64,000 bases of DNA from Eledone cirrhosa. Taxonomy: Eukaryota. This document shows positions 55,831 through 64,000 of this stretch, piece by piece; positions within the stretch are counted from its first letter, which is position 1, and each line of letters starts with the position of its first letter. The position numbers and the translations under genes were made by a program. The stretch is taken from contig OZ024740.1 of the NCBI GenBank assembly GCA_964016885.1, positions 192,262,001-192,326,000 on the forward strand. Direction: 5' to 3'. Under the pieces are notes generated by a model, which did not search any database, was not told where the DNA came from, and worked only from the letters and a program-made list of their open reading frames with translations.

Positions 55831-56814
55831 TTAATTAGGTTTATAATATTTAAATGTATTTCTCAGTTTATGATTACACGATATTATTAATTCCTGTCGC
55901 TTATTTAATAGGATATCCTTAGATTTCATTATTTCAAATAGTTCTTGGGAACACAATCTACATTCATTTCTATTATTTTGATAAGGGGTGGCTCTTTTGA
56001 GCACACTCCAGGTCATATCATATTCTATATTCCTCTTTCTATAACTATTAATTTTTTCTGCTAGAGATGTTGTATTAGCCAGTGCGGCATTTTTAAAACT
56101 ATGTTTGTGGGTATTAAATCTTACCTTAAAATTGTTAGAAGTAGCTCCTATATATGAGCAAATAGAATCCTTAGTTTTAACTTTACATTTATATACTATG
56201 TTGTTAACAAGACAATTTTCTTTTAATGGGCAGTTTGCCTTGTTTCTACAGTTACAACCTTTCGTTAATTCTGTATTTGAGGAGATATTATGGCTAGTTT
56301 GATGTACTGGTGGTATATTTATGTTTTTTTTACATTTATATGCATTATAGGCACATATATTTTGTTTTATGTTTTTGGTTGTTGAGTATGAGAATTTAAC
56401 TGTTGATCTATTTAAGATTTGATGGTATTTGTGGTTTGGCGGGAAGTTTTTCTCTAGGATTTTAACAAATTTTTTAGGTATATTATCCTTAATTTGTAAA
56501 TTAAATGGAGCATTATACCAAGTAACTCGTCTATTACGGTTTCTATGTTGTTTATTGTTTTTATAGGATGCATCCTGATGTTTACTAGGAGGATTATTGT
56601 TAATGACCTCTCCACGCACATTTTTAGTTAGATTTATTGATTTAGGTGTTTTAGCTTGTTTATTAGGAGTTTTATTATTAACATTTATTAGAGTTGTAGG
56701 ATGAGTAGTTTTTTTAGTGTTACTATACTGTATATTAGAGGAGTTAGAGAAATTTGGTTTTATGTTGGTATTTTGGGGTATAGTGTGAGTGGCATTTAGG
56801 TGTGTACGTTTCAT
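55831..56814 (-). CDS. PLE polyprotein C-terminal part (N/T/K-rich linker, CxCx5C, GIY-YIG endonuclease)
   Basis: VTWYNAPF, CNCRNKANCPLKENC, NIVY...YIG, VRFNTH, CRLCSQE, LLNKRQE. Confidence 0.88.
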   Translation of the reverse strand: MKRTHLNATHTIPQNTNIKPNFSNSSNIQYSNTKKTTHPTTLINVNNKTPNKQAKTPKSINLTKNVRGEVINNNPPSKHQDASYKNNKQHRNRNRRVTWYNAPFNLQIKDNIPKKFVKILEKNFPPNHKYHQILNRSTVKFSYSTTKNIKQNICAYNAYKCKKNINIPPVHQTSHNISSNTELTKGCNCRNKANCPLKENCLVNNIVYKCKVKTKDSICSYIGATSNNFKVRFNTHKHSFKNAALANTTSLAEKINSYRKRNIEYDMTWSVLKRATPYQNNRNECRLCSQELFEIMKSKDILLNKRQELIISCNHKLRNTFKYYKPN

Positions 56815-57086
56815 TTGGTGTTTGTTGGTAATATTAGGTTGTATGTTTATAGTGTTATTGGTAGAAGGTATATATTACAATCTATTTTTGTGGCCACTTC
56901 TAGCTAGAGCTTCGTTATAAAAGGTCGCATTTTTTTCAAATACATCTTGGTTAGACGAAAGGTTAGAAATTCTAAGTGATATATTATATGCAAGGTTTTT
57001 AAGGATAGATTTAGGGTGATTAGATTGTGAGTGTATGTAGTGTAAATTTTGGTTGGGTTTATGGTAAGGTTGGTAGATACCCGTAG

Positions 57087-57697
57087 CTAAGTTTTATCTA
57101 GGAAATTAACTACTTTACTTGTGTTTTCAAAAGTAATATCTAGACTATAATAGTCTTTAAGGAAAGTTCTAATAAGCTTTTTGTTTTTTTCTATCCCTGA
57201 GAGGCTAAGGTTGTTGGAAAGAAGAAGACAGTCATCACGATATAAAGCACCTTTAAGGTGGGGAAAGGAAGCATTTATGTTAAAAAGAAGAAAGAGGCCC
57301 ACAAGATCAGTAATTTGGGCAGAATCGCTTGAGCCCATAGTAATATCAAATAGATTACTATATGTGTTTCTGGTCCAGTATTCATTCTGAAATTCAATTA
57401 GTGTTAGTCTAGCATGTGTAATAATATTAATGTCATCCAAAGTTAAGTTAGATCTATTTTTAGCAAATATCAAAGCTTTGTTCAGGAGTATAGGTGATAT
57501 AGAAGAATAGTAATTATCTATATCAAATTGTAAAAATGAAGCAGAGGATTTACATCTAATATTATTAAACCAGTTAATTACCTGGGAAGTGTTTTCCCAG
57601 AGTGGTAAATTAACATGTTTTCTTATTTGTGGGATGACTCTATCTAAAATATTTTTGCTAATTATTCCAATATCTGATTTGGGACATATAAGTCTTA
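57087..57697 (-). pseudogene. PLE reverse transcriptase core, frameshifted at the 3' end
   Basis: IRLICPKSDIG, FLQFDIDNYYSSI, FDITMGSSDSAQITDLVG, GALYRDD, VNFLD. Confidence 0.92.
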
Positions 57698-58010
57698 TAT
57701 AGTTTGTATAATTATAGTTTGTATAATTATAGTTTGTATAATTTTGTACATAGATCTTTTGAATATGCATACCAATTCTAACACATATATGTCCTAGAAA
57801 CGATCGTAAAATAATGAATTTTTTTGTTTAATATAAGGAACTGTTTCTTTGTTTATTCATTATTTTTTTAATAACTTATTTTGACTCTGTTTTCCGTTTA
57901 TCTTTCACCGAAAGTGATTATTGAATGCATCTCTTCTTTTCATGATATCCGGATTACATTGAGTTCTTCATACGGATTGGACACTACCGTAAACTTTTGG
58001 TAGATTTACC

Positions 58011-58118
<108 letters not shown>

Positions 58119-58165
58119 CATACATATATATATATATATATATACATACATATATATATATATAT

Positions 58166-58301
<136 letters not shown>

Positions 58302-58395
58302 GTATATATATACATACATATATACATACATATATATATATATATGTATATATATACATACATATATACATACATATATATATATATGTATATAT

Positions 58396-58460
<65 letters not shown>

Positions 58461-58520
58461 CATACATATATATGTGTATATCTATATACATACATATATA
58501 TGTGTATATATATATATATA

Positions 58521-59596
58521 TTTCGTTTCTGAATTTGTTTAGCAAGATTCTTTATCTGAAATCGTGTGTTGAAACCGATATTGTTATACTTTGGGAGGGT
58601 CATGTTGCCAATAAGAAACACACGCACCAGTTGCTTTCACTTCAATTTAATTTAATATATATTTATAAATTTCCAAATTTATAAATTTCTGGTTGGTTGG
58701 TTGGTTCCACAACCAGATAGTTGTTTATATATATATAGTCATAGTTCTTTCGTCACACACTCTGTGACCTCTTCAGTGACTGGGGATTTCTTTCTTCGTT
58801 TCTGTGCCTTTCCTTTCTTCTATCCTACGCCATTTTGTTTGTGTGTGGGTTGCGTGCTCAGTTTGCGCATGCGCCACATCCGGGTGTCTGTGTGTGTTTG
58901 TGTTCATTTTTCTATTTTTCTATTTTTATATTTATATTTGTTTGTTTATTTATTTATTTATTGTTGGTTGGTTGTTTGTTCTATGTGTGTGTGTGTTTTC
59001 ATTTTGTCTTGTGTGTGTTTTCATTTTGTGTGTGTTTTCAATTGTAAGTTGTTTATATATGTGTGTGTGTGTTTTCATTTTGTCCTTAATTGTAAGTTGT
59101 GATGTTGCTGTTCCACTCATATTTTCTATTTAATTTTGGTTTTAATTCTTTTATGCTTACTGCCTCTGTAATTTGCCTAAACATTGCGTCTTTCTTGTGT
59201 GTGGATTCTATTTTTATTTCTATGCTCTCTAATTTACCCCTGTGTTCTATCTTAGCATGTTGGTAGAGCACAGATGATTCTTTACTATCTTGGAGGTCTC
59301 GCCAGTGTTCATTTATTCGTTCCCCTATACTACGAGCTGTCTCACCTATGTACACTATATTTTTGTTTCTACATTGTCCCTCAGTACATCTTATGCTATA
59401 TACTACATTTCTAGTTTTACAGTTAATATGGGGGCTTATTTTACAGGTTATACATTTCTTATCTATACATGAGGGTCTTTGGAACGGGTATGTCTTGCTA
59501 ATAAGTGTTTTTACGGAGGTACCAGGTCTTTCTACTATCTTAATATTGAGATTATGTTTCTTTAGGGCCCTTCTAAATTTGTAGGCTAGTTCACCC
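58521..59596 (-). mobile_element. Neptune-type PLE 3' fragment (Cys linker + GIY-YIG + pLTR)
   Basis: PCIDKKCITC...CKTRNVVYSIRCTEGQC..VYIGETARSIGERINEH...LYQHAKIEH...RQITEA...LNRKYEW (CCHH-type EN). Confidence 0.85.
58737..58781 (-). ncRNA. Minimal type I hammerhead ribozyme
   Basis: Minus strand AGTCA-CTGAAGA-G-GTCACA(GAGTG)TGTGAC-GAAA-GAAC-TA-TGACT. Confidence 0.82.
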
Positions 59597-59620
59597 CTAG
59601 AGGTGAACTAGCCTACAAAT

Positions 59621-60595
59621 TTGGACGTGACCCTCGACCTCGAAAACGACCTGTACTACCCATACAGGAAACCTAATGACAATCTGCACTACATCCACCG
59701 CCGATCAAACCATCCTAGGAACATCACAAACAACCTGGTCAAAAACATCTCCCTCCGCATATCCCGTTTGTCAGCTAATGAGCGGATATTCGATGAACAT
59801 GCGCCTTATTACAACCAGGCCCTCAAGCGGAGTGGTTTCCGGGAGGAAATATCCTACTGTCCCGATCCCATTAGCGGAACCAGCAGGAGACACCGCCGCT
59901 CACGCAATGTAACTTGGTTCAATCCTCCCCACAACGCAGAGGTGACTACTCCCATCGGGAAACTATTCTTTAGGCTCATTGAAAAACACTTCCCATTACA
60001 ACACCGCTACCACAACATAATTAACAAAATTACCATCAAACTCTCTTACAGCACTACACCAAACTTCGCACAAAACATCGTCTCCTCTAACAACAAAAAA
60101 CTCAACCCCGATGGCAGAAATAACCTAAATAGCAGTGGAGAACCGACCAGGAGGTGTAACTGCCCGGATAGATCTATTTGCCCACTCGACAATAGATGCA
60201 GAGACCGTAATGTGATCTACCAGTGCAACGTGAGGACGGCTACCTCCAACAAAGCCTATATAGGACTTACCGCATGTGACTTCAAGACCCGGCTATACCA
60301 ACATAGACATACCTTCCGAAACCCGGCCCGGCGTCACGCCACTACACTTTCGGGCCACATATGGGACCTCAAGGACAACAACATCACCTATGATCTCACT
60401 TGGAGATTACTGTCCAGAGCCAATTCTTACACGGGAGGACGCCGTCCGTGCAATTTATGCTCGGAGGAAACTTTACAAATGCTGTTTTCGACGGACCAAC
60501 TCCTAAACAAGAAAGATGAACTGGTTACTGCATGTAAACATAGATTGCGTAGGACTTACCTCGCCCTCAAACCCCATAATGACCCGGGGGGGTAG
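59621..60595 (+). CDS. Hydra-type PLE RT thumb + GIY-YIG endonuclease (5'-truncated, uninterrupted ORF)
   Basis: LDVTLDL, YPYRKPND.LHYIHRRSNHP, VTWFNPP, CNCPDRSICPLDNRC, NVIY...YIG, TRLYQH, CNLCSEE. Confidence 0.92.
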   Translation: MDVTLDLENDLYYPYRKPNDNLHYIHRRSNHPRNITNNLVKNISLRISRLSANERIFDEHAPYYNQALKRSGFREEISYCPDPISGTSRRHRRSRNVTWFNPPHNAEVTTPIGKLFFRLIEKHFPLQHRYHNIINKITIKLSYSTTPNFAQNIVSSNNKKLNPDGRNNLNSSGEPTRRCNCPDRSICPLDNRCRDRNVIYQCNVRTATSNKAYIGLTACDFKTRLYQHRHTFRNPARRHATTLSGHIWDLKDNNITYDLTWRLLSRANSYTGGRRPCNLCSEETLQMLFSTDQLLNKKDELVTACKHRLRRTYLALKPHNDPGG

Positions 60596-61693
60596 ACTAG
60601 GGCTATAACACCCCAGTTGCCGATTTTGCAATGGGTAACCCCTGCTTGCCAAGGAAGACGTAAGATCTTCTTTGTATTCTTTTATCGCATCCTTTATTTC
60701 CTTCCCCCCTCTCTCCTTTGTCCTTCTACCCCAGCTCTTCTCCTTTGTCGGCGTCTTTTCTCGCCCACCCGAGGCTGCCCTTTGGCCCCTTGTAGCCTTA
60801 GTACCCCCACTCCCCCCTCCCCTAGTCTTTGATAGATTTGGCGGACGCCGCCCTTTATAGCAGTTGGCTTAGACCCCGGATACTTGCCCCCGTTTTCCGA
60901 CCGCTCCCACTATTCTCTGTGCCCTCTATATTTCTTAGTGGCACTTATGCCTTATTTTTTCGTTTCAGTATTTCTTGCTTCGCTTTTCTTCTGGGCGGGG
61001 TGGATTCTGAACTTATTTCTCCGTATTCTACCTTTATTTCGTACGAACTTTCATGTAGCTTGTTTTAGATCTTTTAGAGTTAGCATTAGTATATATTTTT
61101 CTCGGGACTCAGAATTATTATGTCGTACAAGTTCACTTTGCTGCACTGGGTCGTTGCTGGCCCGGGATGGAAACCTTTATTGTTTATTTCGTGGTAGTCT
61201 CTTTAGTATTTTGGCCCCTTTTGTTGACCAGTCACCGTATCATTTACGTACTTATACCTCTTAAAAGGGTCCTTGCCTAATTCGTCCCACCTAGTTCTTT
61301 TACGTATTTCCTTATTTATTTATTTATTTATTTATTTACTTCTTTCTTTCTTTCTTTATTTTATTCTCGCCTAACAATAGCCTGACACCTAGGTCGTAGA
61401 ATTTAATTTTTTCTTTACACTTATTTGCTTTCCTTCACTCTCAGTATTTTTTCTTTCCTATTTCTACCCCCCATTGTTCTACCTACCGTTCCGACTTCCT
61501 CCCCCTCCCCCTCCCCTGTATCTTCTTTGACCTCATGCCCAGCTGTAGCTGGCACTACCAACGCTTGATTGGGTCTACTCCACCCCCTCCCCTCTTTCTC
61601 CTACTGGCAGGTTTAGCCACCATCTCCCCTACTAATTTGCAACCACAGAATTACTACTGATTTTTGACAATCACTTTGACCATATATGGAATT

Positions 61694-61787
61694 ACCCCTT
61701 GAGAAGATCGGCTATTTAAATACCAGGATAAATGTTCATTTAGTCCAGAATTAGCCGTCGAAACGGCTTGAGCTCAGCTGTCGGGGT
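61694..61787 (+). ncRNA. Hammerhead ribozyme, U3-A8 core variant
   Basis: ACCCC-TTGAGAA-GA(T)CGGCTA...TAGCCGTC-GAAA-CGGCT(TGAGCTC)AGCTG-TC-GGGGT. Confidence 0.82.
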
Positions 61788-61799
61788 CTTACTGGTTCC

Positions 61800-61962
<163 letters not shown>

Positions 61963-62140
61963 GTTTGAACAAGTAAGACCCCGACGGCTGAGCTCAAGCC
62001 GTTTCGAAGGCTAATTCTGTACTGAATGAAAAATAAAATGTATTTTTATATATATATATATATATAATTAAATAAATATATATATATATTATATATATTA
62101 TATATATATATATATTATATATATATATATATATTATATA

Positions 62141-62196
<56 letters not shown>

Positions 62197-62201
62197 GTTT
62201 A

Positions 62202-64000
<1,799 letters not shown>

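Noticed and set aside
58555-58590. CTGAAAT...GAAACCGATA as a hammerhead
   Set aside because: The first box is non-canonical in both copies (58560 and ~35010) and no stem I pairing was found.

Overview
AT-rich, microsatellite-saturated animal DNA, inferred to be octopus/cephalopod from the style of its C2H2 zinc-finger exon, its Meta-domain tRNA-SINEs and its very long (TA)n tracts. There is no intact host gene, only a truncated C2H2-ZNF exon at ~30.1-31.0 kb and a few possible non-coding exons. The window is dominated by Penelope-like retroelements (PLEs) inserted into (TA)n. These include several RT + C-terminal GIY-YIG copies with a CxCx5C linker and terminal CxxC (Hydra-clade signature), one Neptune-type fragment, and many non-coding pseudo-LTR fragments in tandem and inverted arrangements. 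Reading those fragments by hand gives 18 hammerhead ribozyme (HHR) motifs with complete cores plus about 9 degenerate or half copies, from about 13 sequence families. Three families use a U3-A8 core in place of C3-G8, and several have very long stem II insertions. Also present are a decayed Rep/PIF1 Helitron with both termini, a non-autonomous Helitron, RTE and CR1-like LINE remnants, and about 10 SINEs. Almost all 'YIYI' ORFs in the track are translated microsatellite. Element boundaries and all folds were determined by eye and are approximate.
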